Positions 63,176-64,000 of a DNA stretch of 64,000 nt are shown here, piece by piece. Numbering within the stretch: the stretch's first letter is position 1; the number at the start of each line of letters is the position of its first letter. The DNA lies in assembly GCA_002633005.1 (NCBI GenBank), contig NMRA01000003.1, forward strand, positions 262,129 through 326,128, given 5' to 3'. The position numbers and the translations under genes are program-made. The notes below the pieces were generated by a model, which was not told the DNA's origin, ran no database searches, and saw only the letters and a list, made by a program, of their open reading frames with translations. Source of the stretch: Phoronis australis. Its lineage: Eukaryota; Animalia; Phoronida.

Positions 63176-64000
63176 TAAAAACTTGACCTTTTTTCAGTTA
63201 AAAGCACGTGGCTAGGAAGCGTGCACTACATTCAAGAATCTGTCATCGAAGATTAGTCTCTGGGAACTATCCATGAAATGGGTAGCATAGCAACGGCAAG
63301 AAATAAATACTGGCACATATTTTCGAAAGTTTCTAATACGGTAACCGTAAAAAACGTTTGCATTATCTTTAAGGGTGAATTATCAAATTAGTCGTAATTG
63401 GTGTTTTTAAAGTCAAAATGTCCCATTATAGTGAACACTTCCGCACCTTACACCTCTGGAATCTCCTGAAAAATAACTGTTAGACTGTCACGCATCCAGT
63501 CATCAGGTGATTCAATGACATCGGCTTTACCGATACAACTCTTAAATGTTTTGTAGCAGATGAGATCAGCAAGTGCTAAATAAAACATGTTCTACTTTAC
63601 TGCTTGTATTAATTTCCTTAGTTACAATGTACACCTAGATCGTTACATGGCGTTTACTCTGGCAAATGAACTCCGGTGACATGCACGCGCTCGCTCTCTC
63701 ACACAACATGCAGACGAACTTCAAAACAAACATCACGTGACAACAACATTTGTGTTCATCCAGAGATTTTTCTCGTGTTGCGGAGTACGATCTAGCGCAG
63801 ATTTGGACTTAATAAGAATATGCAGTTAATGCCGACTCCACAGGATTTTAAAAATCTTAGGGACGCTATTTTGAAAACTTAAGGAGGAGTTCAGGTAATT
63901 TGTTGAGTCGAAACTATATTTTTACTCAAGAATTCAAGTTGACCTACGGGCGATCGTGAGGCAGCGACGCATCAGTCAGCGGGTTTTTGCACTCGGATTT

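Overview
This is eukaryotic (metazoan) genomic DNA: AT-rich, with GT-AG introns and dense transposon debris. A marine invertebrate such as a tunicate is plausible, but that is inference. Four host genes lie on the minus strand. (1) A complete 6-exon sperm cation channel subunit gene, CatSper3-like (18512->4571, ~432 aa). (2) A 3-coding-exon DUF229 / alkaline-phosphatase-superfamily type II membrane protein gene (27579->20969, ~800 aa). (3) An intronless 166-aa orphan ORF with two TM helices (43838->43338). (4) The last seven exons of a FOXRED2-like flavoprotein gene (59595->50408). Between them sit at least three TTAA-targeting Kolobok-type families. Two of these carry convergent THAP-transposase and KolX (P2X7-ballast-like) remnants, and one has ETS-CRE motifs inside its long TIRs. 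Other mobile DNA includes an Academ element nested in a solo LTR, Penelope GIY-YIG fragments with a variant hammerhead-like motif, a decayed hAT, a HIRAN-domain pseudogene beside a pogo/Tc2-like terminus, Helentron-type (HINE) repeats and several MITEs. There is no CRISPR array, rRNA or intact tRNA. All family and gene calls come from by-eye motif recognition, not from database searches.
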